A stretch of DNA of 64,000 nucleotides, taken from Marinicella sp. Lineage in GTDB: Bacteria > Pseudomonadota > Gammaproteobacteria > Xanthomonadales > Marinicellaceae. The stretch's first letter is position 1, and each line of letters begins with the position of its first letter. The notes beneath the pieces were generated by a model that had not been told where the DNA came from, made no database searches, and was given only the letters and a program-made list of their open reading frames with translations. This document shows, one piece after another, positions 39,774 to 48,772 of this stretch. The stretch covers positions 1,344,001 through 1,408,000 of the forward strand of contig OZ246001.1 of assembly GCA_965230295.1 (NCBI GenBank), in the 5' to 3' direction. The position numbers and the translations under genes were made by a program.

Positions 39774-40322
39774 ATGGAAAAGACTTCACAAAATCCCAGA
39801 AAAATCGTTCATAACAATGAAATCAATGAGTTGATTGAGGCCACCATGAAAACCATTAAGTTGATGGCCAAAAGAAAAAAAAGAATCTACAACCAAAACA
39901 CTTTACAAACCACAGAAATCGTTCATGAAACCTATTTGAAGTTGGTTAAAAACCAAGCATCTAAATGGAATGACAAGACCCATTTTTTAATCACCTTTTC
40001 CCATGCCATGAAAAATTTATTGATTGATCGTTACAGAAAGAAAATGAGCATTAAAAGAGGTGAGGGTTTATTGGCTTTGGACATCGATTCAACTTCAGTG
40101 CAAATTGCCATGCCAGACCAATTGGCCTTAAATTGGATTGGTTTGGAAATGAAACTGACAGAACTGAAGAAAATTGACCCTGATGCCCACGATATCGTAC
40201 TACTGCGCTATTTTGCTGGTCTAGAAATAGCAGAAACTGCCTCAACTTTAAAGCTCAGCGAACGCTCAGTGAGTAGAAAATGGACTTTTGCCAGAACCTG
40301 GCTACATACCCATCTGGAATAA
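39774..40322 (+). CDS. ECF sigma factor of the STK-associated ECF43/TIGR02999-like type
   Basis: NTLQTTEIVHETYLKL, HF......M.NLLIDRYR....KRG, LRYFAGL...ETA..L..SERSV.R.W.FAR.WL. Confidence 0.88.
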   Translation: MEKTSQNPRKIVHNNEINELIEATMKTIKLMAKRKKRIYNQNTLQTTEIVHETYLKLVKNQASKWNDKTHFLITFSHAMKNLLIDRYRKKMSIKRGEGLLALDIDSTSVQIAMPDQLALNWIGLEMKLTELKKIDPDAHDIVLLRYFAGLEIAETASTLKLSERSVSRKWTFARTWLHTHLE

Positions 40323-40326
40323 ATAC

Positions 40327-42891
40327 ATGAACAAAGACACGCAAAAAATATTTGAACACCTGATCACTTTGGATGAATCAGAACAACAAAAATACATCGA
40401 TGAGACTTGCTCAAACGACCCAGAACTGAAAAAATTACTGAGCCAGTTATTAGCCACGCATAACAACTTAAATACTTATAACAGCGATCAAATAGAATCT
40501 GATTTAATAGCGGTTTTATCTGAAAACACTGAGGCAGAATTACCAGCTGAATCAAGTATAACCATCGACCACATCAACTTTAAAGGCTATCAAGTGATTC
40601 AAAAACTCGATTCCGGTGGTATGGGCGATGTCTTTTTATGTAAACCGACCAATAAAGACTTCAGTAATCAGGTGGCCATCAAATTGCTCAAAGCTGATTC
40701 AACAGAAGGACAATCAAAACAAAGGTTTTTACATGAACAAAAAATACTGTCGCGCTTAAAGCATCCCAATATTTCAACCTTTATTGATGCCAGTTTCACG
40801 TCTGATGAAAGGCCTTATGTGGTGATGGAGTATTGTGAAGGTGAGCCCATCATCTCTTTTTCAAACAACAATCAATTGAGCGTTAAGGAACGGATCGATA
40901 TTTTCTTGAAATTATGCGATGCAGTGCAATATGCCCATAACAACTTAATCATTCACAGAGACATTAAACCCAGCAATATTTTGGTTACACAAGATGACTT
41001 GAAATTACTGGACTTTGGTATTTCCAAAGCATTAGATGCGCAAGAAAAATTAACCCGAACAGGCCTCCATGCCATGACGCCTGCTTATGCCAGCCCTGAA
41101 CAGTTGGCAGGGAAAACAGTTAACTTGGCCACAGATGTATATTCATTGGGTGTGGTACTGTATGAATTACTGACTGAATCACGTCCGTTTTCAAATGAGA
41201 AACTAACACCAGCTCAATATGAAAGTGCAGTCAATAACATTGAACCTGAATTACCCAGCAAAAGAGTCAATTCAAATAAATTGAGTAAAGAGTTAACTGG
41301 TGATTTAGACTTGATTGTTGCCAAAGCCATCAGAGGTGATGTGTCCGAACGATTTAATAATGTCACTGAACTCAGTGATGAGTTAAAAAGGTATCAAGCA
41401 GGCTTGCCTATCAGAACCAATAAGTCCGGATACCCTTATTACATCAAGAAATTCATCAACAGACACAAAACTGCTGTGATGTTAAGTTCACTTTCACTGA
41501 TATCAATCATTTCATTGTTGGTCTTTACAGTTTTTCAAAACATAGAAATCACTTTACAAAAAGACAATGCCATTCAAGAGAGAAACAAAGCTCAAGTTTT
41601 ATCCGAAACATTCAGTCTGGCTTTCAAAAATGCCGACCCAACACAATCTTTTGACAAAGAAGTCACTGCTAAAGATGTACTTAAACAGGCCCAAAATTTG
41701 ATTCAGAACAAATCGAATATCAATGAAAACACAAAAGCTGGTCTAATTTTAGATATCACCAGTACTTATATAAATACTGGTAATTACCTCGAGGCACTGG
41801 AATTGTTAGATGATCCGTCTCTCAATCATGCTGAGCTTACTGAAAAAGAACAAATAAGGTATTACAGCCAAAAAATTAGATCATTACTGTCACTTCGGAA
41901 ACAAGAAAGTGCAATCGATGTTTATAACAAGATACCTGCATCATTGCGTACAAACGAATACATATTGTCTGCTTCTGCTTTTCTAGATGTTTCAATGGGC
42001 AAATACAATGAAGCAGAAGAAAAATATAAATTGTTGTATGAAACCTCTTCCCCTGAAAGCGATCATTATCTACAAAATTGTGTTAATTTTGTAAACGCTT
42101 TGGTCATTAAATTTGAAAACAAAGAAGCCATAAAGATAGCGACAGATTGCCTGGAAACATCTGAAGTAGACGTTTATGATCAAAGAAAGAAATGGGAGCT
42201 AAGTAGGCTTTACAATGAATTAGGACATGCTTATGGCTATGATAAACAATATGAATTATCTAATGAAACCTATTTTGAAGGTTTAGAAATAAGAAAAGCA
42301 ATACTTGATGAAAATCATCTTTTCGTGACTGACATGCATAATGCCATTGGCAGCAATTATTCACAACTTGGTGATTTTGACCTGGCGATGGAATACTATT
42401 TAGTGGCCCTGAATGGGACAATTAATCATTTTGGTGAAGGACACCCCAACACCTTTATGAACTTGTACAACATAGGTCTTGCCTACGGCCGTAATGAAGA
42501 TTACGAGACTTCAGAACAATATTTCTTAGAAATCATTAAACATCTAGATACGCCAGAAAAAAAAGAAGCCCTTAATATGGCCTTTGTTCATCATGCCCTT
42601 GGGTTAACTAGAGTCTCTTTAAATAAAATAGATGAGGCTATTGAATCTTTCGAAGTCAGCACAAAAATGTTTACCAAAGCTGGCTCTGGTTTTTTGAATA
42701 ATGCTGCTACATCTCAAACAGAACTTGCTAGTATTTACCTTAACAAAGGCCAATATGATATGTCTAAAAGGTATCTTGATAAAATTTTGCCAATTATTGA
42801 AAGTTTCAAAGAGCACCGTGATTATCAAAGGTATTTGGATGTAAAAAATGAATTTGATAAAACACAAGAAACTTTAAAAACTAATTCTTAG
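40327..42891 (+). CDS. Membrane Hanks-type Ser/Thr kinase with a periplasmic TPR sensor
   Basis: SGGMGDVF, VAIK, HRDIKPSN, DFG, MTPAYASPEQ, DVYSLG; one TM; TPR repeats. Start moved to 40327. Confidence 0.93.
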   Translation: MNKDTQKIFEHLITLDESEQQKYIDETCSNDPELKKLLSQLLATHNNLNTYNSDQIESDLIAVLSENTEAELPAESSITIDHINFKGYQVIQKLDSGGMGDVFLCKPTNKDFSNQVAIKLLKADSTEGQSKQRFLHEQKILSRLKHPNISTFIDASFTSDERPYVVMEYCEGEPIISFSNNNQLSVKERIDIFLKLCDAVQYAHNNLIIHRDIKPSNILVTQDDLKLLDFGISKALDAQEKLTRTGLHAMTPAYASPEQLAGKTVNLATDVYSLGVVLYELLTESRPFSNEKLTPAQYESAVNNIEPELPSKRVNSNKLSKELTGDLDLIVAKAIRGDVSERFNNVTELSDELKRYQAGLPIRTNKSGYPYYIKKFINRHKTAVMLSSLSLISIISLLVFTVFQNIEITLQKDNAIQERNKAQVLSETFSLAFKNADPTQSFDKEVTAKDVLKQAQNLIQNKSNINENTKAGLILDITSTYINTGNYLEALELLDDPSLNHAELTEKEQIRYYSQKIRSLLSLRKQESAIDVYNKIPASLRTNEYILSASAFLDVSMGKYNEAEEKYKLLYETSSPESDHYLQNCVNFVNALVIKFENKEAIKIATDCLETSEVDVYDQRKKWELSRLYNELGHAYGYDKQYELSNETYFEGLEIRKAILDENHLFVTDMHNAIGSNYSQLGDFDLAMEYYLVALNGTINHFGEGHPNTFMNLYNIGLAYGRNEDYETSEQYFLEIIKHLDTPEKKEALNMAFVHHALGLTRVSLNKIDEAIESFEVSTKMFTKAGSGFLNNAATSQTELASIYLNKGQYDMSKRYLDKILPIIESFKEHRDYQRYLDVKNEFDKTQETLKTNS

Positions 42892-42979
42892 ATTCGGATA
42901 ATAAGTGCAATTTAATCATGCAGCGAGTAATTCCACTTGCTGAACCAAAATAATTCGGAAAGTAAAAAAAAATGAATCC

Positions 42980-43139
42980 CGTAGGTTGGTGCTGAGGCAC
43001 GAAGCCCAACACCAGATCACAAATAATAGAAAAGCCTTAAAAAAGTTGCCCCAATAAAATTCCAACTCAAATTTACATTACAATTCATCAGGCCATTGAG
43101 GGTTGATGTTGGGCTTCTCTTACGATCAACCCAACTTAC
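42980..43139. repeat. GTAG-type REP inverted doublet (REPIN), right flank of the Rhs island
   Basis: CGTAGGTTGGTGCTGAGGCACGAAGCCCAACA ... TGTTGGGCTTCTCTTACGATCAACCCAACTTAC; same orientation as 34715-34880. Confidence 0.82.
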
Positions 43140-43154
43140 CTTGCTATTCCATCT

Positions 43155-43266
43155 TGTCATCCTGCGGCTAGACCGCTGGATCCAGCTATGAAATGTCATG
43201 TTTTTTTTACTGAAATGAAAATTGATTTTTACCTACCTGGATCCCGGATCGAGGTCCGGGATGACG
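43155..43266. repeat. GTCATCC...GGATGAC (CGTC-type) REP doublet
   Basis: TGTCATCCTGCGG...GGATCCAG and CTGGATCCCGG...CCGGGATGACG. Confidence 0.78.
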
Positions 43267-43437
43267 GGGACTGAAGTCCCCGCTCCAAGAATAAAATAGG
43301 AGCGTCGACTTCAGTCGACGTTATCTGTCAAAATGGAGATCTAATCGTTCACTGAGCGAAGCCGAAGTGAATTCTATAAAATCCAATTGGCTTCGACTCT
43401 CGCCTGTACTGAGCCTGTCGAAGTGCTCAGCCAGCGA
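43266..43437. repeat. Further REP-like units (GGGGACTGAAGTCCCC/GTCGACTTCAGTCGAC doublet; CTGAGC...CGAAG/CTTCGAC...GCTCAG doublet)
   Basis: Direct reading of the hairpins; related to 31974-32088. Confidence 0.72.
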
Positions 43438-43469
43438 CTGATATTTTTATGACTTTAAAGATATGAGAT

Positions 43470-43979
43470 TCAATCCAAGCCGGCCAAGTAATTCGCCAAC
43501 TGTTCCATACCGGCGCCCCAGCCTTTACCGTGGTCTTCTCTGGTGGCTTCAAAGGCAGCCAATTCGGCTTCGCTGGCATCCCTTGGCTCCCACAGGAAGG
43601 TCAGGCGGGTACGGTCTTCGCCAATTTCTTCGAACTGCAAAGTCGCCAGCATGTGTTTGGGCCAGTTGGGGATGTGTGGCATATAGACAATCTCACCTTG
43701 TTCGTTGGACATGTATTGTAAAAACACCAACTTGTCGGGTGATTGGACGGTTTCATACTGTGTGAACAACCACATTTCATGGCCATTGGGCATGGTGATT
43801 TTGTGCAAGGAACTACCGCCATCAACAATGTCTGCCTCGACAAACTCACAGCGACAGCCTGGCATCGGAAACATCCAGTTGTTCAGATGATGAACCTGGG
43901 TCCAGGCATTGAACACCAGCTGTCTGGGTGCATCGAATTCTCGGGTGATGGCGGAAGGTTTGGTTTCAGTTGATTTCAT
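43470..43979 (-). CDS. SRPBCC/AHSA1 (START-like) domain protein
   Basis: ITREFDAPRQLVFNAWT, PDKLVF, HGKGWGAGMEQLANYL. Confidence 0.9.
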   Translation of the reverse strand: MKSTETKPSAITREFDAPRQLVFNAWTQVHHLNNWMFPMPGCRCEFVEADIVDGGSSLHKITMPNGHEMWLFTQYETVQSPDKLVFLQYMSNEQGEIVYMPHIPNWPKHMLATLQFEEIGEDRTRLTFLWEPRDASEAELAAFEATREDHGKGWGAGMEQLANYLAGLD

Positions 43980-44316
43980 CAGATGGGTCCTTGGTTTGTA
44001 TGGTGGTTAAATAACTGTCCAGTTGATCCAAAGTGCCTCCCCAATATTTTTTAAATTGGTGGATCCATTGTTGAATCGGGCGCAGTTCATTGGGCTGGAC
44101 TCGATAATAACGGTATCGACCGGCTTTGCGCTCGGTCACCAGGTTGACCGCTTTCAACACACCCAAATGTTTTGACACCATTGGTTGGGGCCATGACATG
44201 GCATCCACCAAATCATTGACCGTCATTTCCTCCAGCACCAGCTGTTCAATCAGCGCCCTGCGTTTGGGTTCACCGATTGCACTGAAGACATCATGTGTTG
44301 TTTTGAGTCGAGCCAT
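43966..44316 (-). CDS. ArsR/SmtB-family transcriptional regulator
   Basis: DVFSAIGEPKRR, VSKHLGVLKAVNLV, GRYRYY; overlaps the SRPBCC gene. Confidence 0.92.
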   Translation of the reverse strand: MARLKTTHDVFSAIGEPKRRALIEQLVLEEMTVNDLVDAMSWPQPMVSKHLGVLKAVNLVTERKAGRYRYYRVQPNELRPIQQWIHQFKKYWGGTLDQLDSYLTTIQTKDPSDEIN

Positions 44317-44322
44317 GGATAC

Positions 44323-44350
44323 ATTATATTCCCATATGAGAATATGTCAA
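44323..44350 (-). promoter_or_regulatory. Consensus sigma70 promoter TTGACA-N16-TATAAT overlapped by the palindrome ATATTCCCATATGAGAATAT (candidate ArsR operator)
   Basis: Minus-strand TTGACA at 44350-44345 and TATAAT at 44328-44323; palindrome at 44326-44345. Confidence 0.8.
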
Positions 44351-44422
44351 TCATTTATTATTACCTTTAGAACATCCCTATGAATCACCACAAAAAAAGC
44401 GGCCATCAAAACACCTTGAACT

Positions 44423-44451
44423 TTGAAACCAATCATTCAGAGGTATATACT
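44423..44451 (+). promoter_or_regulatory. Putative sigma70 promoter TTGAAA-N17-TATACT
   Basis: Hexamers and spacing; followed by a GAGGAGG RBS and ATG 44478. Confidence 0.6.
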
Positions 44452-44477
44452 AATAAGAAACAATAATTGAGGAGGTC

Positions 44478-45050
44478 ATGATGTCTGTTTCTTTGATGCA
44501 ACTGTGGTTGCCTATTCTCTTAAGTGGCTTGTTTTGCTGGATGGCCAGTGCCATTTTTCATATGGTGATCAAACACCACAATGCCGATTACAAACAACTC
44601 GAAAATGAAGACCAGGTGGCTGAGGCCATGAATGCCAACAAACCTGGACCTGGCTTGTATAACCTGCCGTACTGCATCGACATGAAAGACATGAACGATG
44701 AGAACATGATCAAGAAGTTTGATCGTGGACCTGTGGCGATGATCGCCGTTTTCAATGATGGCATGCCACCGATGGGTAAGTTGCTGATGCAACAAATCCT
44801 GTTTTTCATTTTGGGCGGTGTGCTGATTGCCTATGCAGCCACATTGTCTTTGGCCGCTGGCGCCGATTACTTGGAAGTGTTTCGGGTGGTGATGGTTACT
44901 GGCTTCCTGGCTTTTGGCTGGGGACTGATACCCTTCTCGATCTGGATGGGACACCCTTGGTCAAATTGTATTCGGTTTTTGATTGACGCGCTGTTTTATG
45001 GCGCCATCACCGCCGGCACCTTTGCCTGGCTGTGGCCGGCTGCTGGTTGA
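44478..45050 (+). CDS. Hypothetical multi-TM membrane protein
   Basis: Strong RBS; about four hydrophobic helices; PGLY, GP.A, IWMG.PW, WLWP. Confidence 0.82.
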   Translation: MMSVSLMQLWLPILLSGLFCWMASAIFHMVIKHHNADYKQLENEDQVAEAMNANKPGPGLYNLPYCIDMKDMNDENMIKKFDRGPVAMIAVFNDGMPPMGKLLMQQILFFILGGVLIAYAATLSLAAGADYLEVFRVVMVTGFLAFGWGLIPFSIWMGHPWSNCIRFLIDALFYGAITAGTFAWLWPAAG

Positions 45051-45063
45051 TTGCATTTAAAAG

Positions 45064-45185
45064 GTCATCTTGAGCGAAGCGAAGCGCAGTCGAAAGATCT
45101 CCTGAAGTTGGGTGGTGTGCATCGAAATGTCAGCCTGACTAAAATTCAGGAGATCCCTCGGTTCGCTTCGCTCTCTCGGAATGAC
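45064..45185. repeat. GTCAT...ATGAC (CGTC-type) REP doublet between convergent genes
   Basis: GTCATCTTGAGCGAAGCGAA...GATCTCCTGAA / TTCAGGAGATC...TTCGCTTCGCTC...GAATGAC. Confidence 0.8.
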
Positions 45186-45196
45186 ATTTAAAACAG

Positions 45197-45889
45197 TCAA
45201 ACTTTCAACACACCCAACAACTCACCAAAATGATGAATCTCGTGGTCGTGGTCTTGAAAGTCGTGATCTTGTTTCCTCAAGTTAAACCAACAGGTCTGCA
45301 TACCAAAGTCTGCGGCACCCTGGATGTCACAGCGGTAATTGTCACCGACCATCAACACTTTTGAAGGATCATCCCAATTCATCAAGTCACAAGCATGGGC
45401 AAAAATTTCCGGCTCTGGTTTGGCTACCCCCAATTCTTCAGAAATCACCAACGCCCCAAAATGCTGCTGAATCTCGCTGTTGGCAAAGCGTGGTTTTTGC
45501 ACCCGAGACAAACCATTGGTGATAATGGCCATTTCACAATGTGGAGATAAATGTGACAACGTCTCTGCCACCGCATCCAATAAGAATTGATGCTGCGCCA
45601 GTTCATCCAAATAATGCAAGCTGAAGGTGTGGTGATCGGTGTTGGCCACACCCACATACTCGAAAATGCGTTCGGCCCGTCGTTGTTTCAATTGGGCGAT
45701 GGTGATTTCTTTGGCATCCAACTGCTGCCACATGGCGACATTCATCTGGCGGTAATAAGCCACCAAACCATCAGGGGTTGGCATCTCAAAGTGTTGTAAA
45801 GTGTTCACCAAGGCAGCCGCTTCGGCCTGATCGAAATCAAACAAGGTGTTATCGGCATCAAAAACCAAACGCCGGACTTTAAGGTTCAC
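45197..45889 (-). CDS. yjjG: YjjG-family HAD nucleotidase
   Basis: FDADNTLFDF, IITNG, ISEELGVAKP, LMVGDN...DI.GA. Confidence 0.85.
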   Translation of the reverse strand: MNLKVRRLVFDADNTLFDFDQAEAAALVNTLQHFEMPTPDGLVAYYRQMNVAMWQQLDAKEITIAQLKQRRAERIFEYVGVANTDHHTFSLHYLDELAQHQFLLDAVAETLSHLSPHCEMAIITNGLSRVQKPRFANSEIQQHFGALVISEELGVAKPEPEIFAHACDLMNWDDPSKVLMVGDNYRCDIQGAADFGMQTCWFNLRKQDHDFQDHDHEIHHFGELLGVLKV

Positions 45890-46863
45890 AAGATGCCTCG
45901 CTGAGTCAGGTTCGCTTTGATGTCGGCCAGTGTTTTGGCCAATGGGGTGATGCTGTAACCCAAATCATCTTTGGCTTTTTGACTGCTACAACTGTAGTGG
46001 TGCGAGATGATCTGCAAAGATTCAGGGGTTAAGTCTGGCGGATTACCAGTGACATAGCCAAAAGCAGACTTCAGCTTGGCCACCAGCTTAATGATGGCCA
46101 TCGGTTTGCGGCGTTTGGTGACCTTGATGGCAAAGGCGTCTGCCACCTGATCAATGAACTGATCAAAGTTCAAATTATGACCGCCGAAGATGTAATGCTC
46201 ACCAGTCTGCCCTTGTTCTGCCGCCATGATACAACCGGCAGCCACATCCCTGACATCGACAAATGACCCTGCACCCACAGGCACGGTGGGTAAAGTGTCA
46301 CTGATCATCATTTTGAACAAACGGATCCAGTTGTGTTGGTCATCAGGGCCAATGATGTGGGTTGGATTGACCACCAGGGCATTGAGTTTTTGCGCATGGT
46401 CTTTGATCAATTGTTCAGCCATGCTCTTGGTTTTCACATAATTCACCCAACTGTCCAAACCATGTTGTTCCGAGGCTTCGGTGAGCTCAACCATGCCCGG
46501 ATGATCGACACCAAATGTGGTGATGGATGACACATGCACCCATTTTTTGGCCTGCTGTTCAATGGCCGTTTGGATCAAGTTCAGCGTGCCCATGATGTTG
46601 GTTTCAGTTTGTGTGGGGTTGTTTTTGCGCCAGGTGTTGGTGTCGGCTGCGGTGTGAAAAATACAATCCACTTCAGCGGGTACGGCCTGGAGCATGGATT
46701 CTTTGCTCAACAAATCTGCCTGTACATAGTTAACCCCTTCGATGGCATTTTCTGGTATGCTTCGACACATCGCGGTTACTTGCCAATCGGCTTGTAACAA
46801 CTGTTGGCATAAGTGCCTACCCAAAAATCCTGTTGAGCCAGTTACAAAAGCAGTCTTTGTCAT
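45886..46863 (-). CDS. NAD-dependent epimerase/dehydratase (dihydroflavonol-reductase-like)
   Basis: VTGSTGFLG, HVSS, YVKTK, FVDVRDVA. Start moved to 46863. Confidence 0.9.
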   Translation of the reverse strand: MTKTAFVTGSTGFLGRHLCQQLLQADWQVTAMCRSIPENAIEGVNYVQADLLSKESMLQAVPAEVDCIFHTAADTNTWRKNNPTQTETNIMGTLNLIQTAIEQQAKKWVHVSSITTFGVDHPGMVELTEASEQHGLDSWVNYVKTKSMAEQLIKDHAQKLNALVVNPTHIIGPDDQHNWIRLFKMMISDTLPTVPVGAGSFVDVRDVAAGCIMAAEQGQTGEHYIFGGHNLNFDQFIDQVADAFAIKVTKRRKPMAIIKLVAKLKSAFGYVTGNPPDLTPESLQIISHHYSCSSQKAKDDLGYSITPLAKTLADIKANLTQRGIL

Positions 46864-46931
46864 GGTTTTTGGTCCGCTGAATAAAACACACAGTTTAATC
46901 GAAACATTAAAAGAGGTCATTGAAAATAATC

Positions 46932-48266
46932 ATGGAAGCCATGCCATTCAAACGGCACATCACCCAAACCGTGAAGTTGTCACTGCCACTGATCATCAGT
47001 CAGATCACAGTGGTGGCCATGACATTCGTTGATACGGTGATGGCAGGGCGTTTGGGCTCAGTGACCCTGGCGGCCGTCGCTGTGGGCAGCTCTTTGTGGT
47101 CGACTGCCATCTTGTTTGTGTTTGGTATTTTGATGGCCATTCCATCGGTGGTGTCAGCCATGGACGGTGCTGATGAACATGACAAGATTGCACCTTTTTT
47201 CCGCCAGACTTTGTGGTTGGCCCTGATCCTTGGATTGATATTCACGGTGGTGATTCGTTTTATGGATCCCTTGTTTGCGGTGTTCAACACCCAGGCTGAA
47301 GTGATCCCGGAAGCCACCGCTTATTTGAAGGCTTTGTCATGGGGTGTGATGCCACTGTCGTTTTTCGTGGCTTTCCGCTATTTGGCCGATGGCTTGTCCA
47401 TCACCAAAACCACCATGTACGTCAGCTTTTTGGGCTTGTTGTTGAACATCCCGCTGAATTACATTTTGATGTTTGGCAAGTTGGGTTTCCCTGCCATGGG
47501 CGCCCAAGGTTGTGGCTATGCCACTGCCACCGTTTTGATGGTCCAAATGTTGGCTTATACCATCATCACCCACAAGCACAGCATCATTGGATCTTATCAA
47601 ATATTCAAACGATTTGACCAACCCGTCTGGCCTGAAATCTGGGGCTTCTTTCGCCTCGGTTTTCCAGTCGGCATGTCGATGTTTGCTGAAGTCGGATTTT
47701 TTGCCATCATCACCCTGCTGGCCTCCTCATTGGCCACCGAAACTGTGGCGGCACACCAGATTGCTTTGAACTTTGCTTCCCTGCTGTTCATGGTGCCTTT
47801 GGGGCTGTCCATGGGCATCACCATTCGGGTTGGTAATGCGGTCGGGCGCAAGAACCCGGTCGACATCAAAAACGCGGGCTTCTATGGCATCTCCTTGGTG
47901 CTGATCACACAAATTTTTGCGGCCTCAGTCACGGTGCTGTTTGCACCACAAATCGTGGCCTTGTATACCAAGGACATGGCCGTGGCCACCATTGCCATCA
48001 ACCTGCTGTTTTATGCCGCCGTCTTTCAACTGTCCGATGGCATCCAAGTGGCATCAGCCGGGGCTTTGCGCGGTATCAAAGACATGAATTTCATCATGCT
48101 CAGCAACATCTTTTCCTTCTGGTTGTTGGGCTTTGTGGTGTCCTGGTATTTGTGTTTTGAACGCGGTCTGGGTGCGCCTGGTTTGTGGATCGGCATCATT
48201 GTTGGCTTGACCGCTGCAGCCGTTCTGAACACCATCCGTTTCAAGTTGAAATCTCGGGCGCATTAA
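46932..48266 (+). CDS. norM: MATE-family efflux pump (NorM-like)
   Basis: VDTVMAGRLG, NIPLNYILMFGKLG.P.MG..GCG.AT, AAHQIALNF, FQLSDGIQ...GALRG.KD. Start is 46932 or 46941. Confidence 0.88.
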   Translation: MEAMPFKRHITQTVKLSLPLIISQITVVAMTFVDTVMAGRLGSVTLAAVAVGSSLWSTAILFVFGILMAIPSVVSAMDGADEHDKIAPFFRQTLWLALILGLIFTVVIRFMDPLFAVFNTQAEVIPEATAYLKALSWGVMPLSFFVAFRYLADGLSITKTTMYVSFLGLLLNIPLNYILMFGKLGFPAMGAQGCGYATATVLMVQMLAYTIITHKHSIIGSYQIFKRFDQPVWPEIWGFFRLGFPVGMSMFAEVGFFAIITLLASSLATETVAAHQIALNFASLLFMVPLGLSMGITIRVGNAVGRKNPVDIKNAGFYGISLVLITQIFAASVTVLFAPQIVALYTKDMAVATIAINLLFYAAVFQLSDGIQVASAGALRGIKDMNFIMLSNIFSFWLLGFVVSWYLCFERGLGAPGLWIGIIVGLTAAAVLNTIRFKLKSRAH

Positions 48267-48394
48267 GATCTGCTTTAACCTTAAAAATTCATTCATTATT
48301 AAACACTCGTTCACATTTTTTCGGCGCAATTCCAGCTAAAATTTCCACCGTACTTTGTACCGAAAAGAGAGCTGATTTTCAGCTCGACCAGCCA

Positions 48395-48585
48395 CCTTGG
48401 TTAGGCAGGTCATGTAATCAGGTTGGTTTGACCAGAGGTCAATATAAACCTGATGAAATGACCGATTAGCCGTGAAGCGGAGCGGAGCCAGAAAGGTGAG
48501 TAAAAAACCAAAGAAATGATCGCAGGGACGCTTTTACTTTTGTAAAAAACTAAAGTAAAAGAAGCCCCAAGATCATTCCTTATGT
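48395..48585. repeat. Structured intergenic repeat, copy 1
   Basis: CTTGGTTAGGCAGGTCATGTAA...ATGACCGATTAGCCGTGAAGC...CGCTTTTACTTTTG...GAAGCCCCAAGATCATTCCTTATGT; shared with 58905-59283 and 51745-51797. Confidence 0.75.
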
Positions 48586-48772
48586 GAAGATAATATCCTA
48601 AGTTATTGATATTTGGTTCGGCGAAAAATTTAAAAAATATTCTCCTTGCCAGCGGTCAAAAAAATAAGATATTATCAACTGGATGAGAGAGTAGTGTCGG
48701 GGACCAATCAGTATCAAAAATTCAAAGATACGGACCTGTGTAGTGTAACCATTAATAAGCCAAAAGAGTCAA

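Noticed and set aside
40609-40640. Kinase Gly-loop reads LDSGGMG instead of LGxGGMG, suggesting a pseudokinase
   Set aside because: VAIK, the helix-C Glu, HRDIKPSN and DFG are all intact, so it is probably active.
48600-48772. NrdR boxes upstream of nrdA
   Set aside because: Only weak partial matches (GTAGTGT twice); not enough to call.
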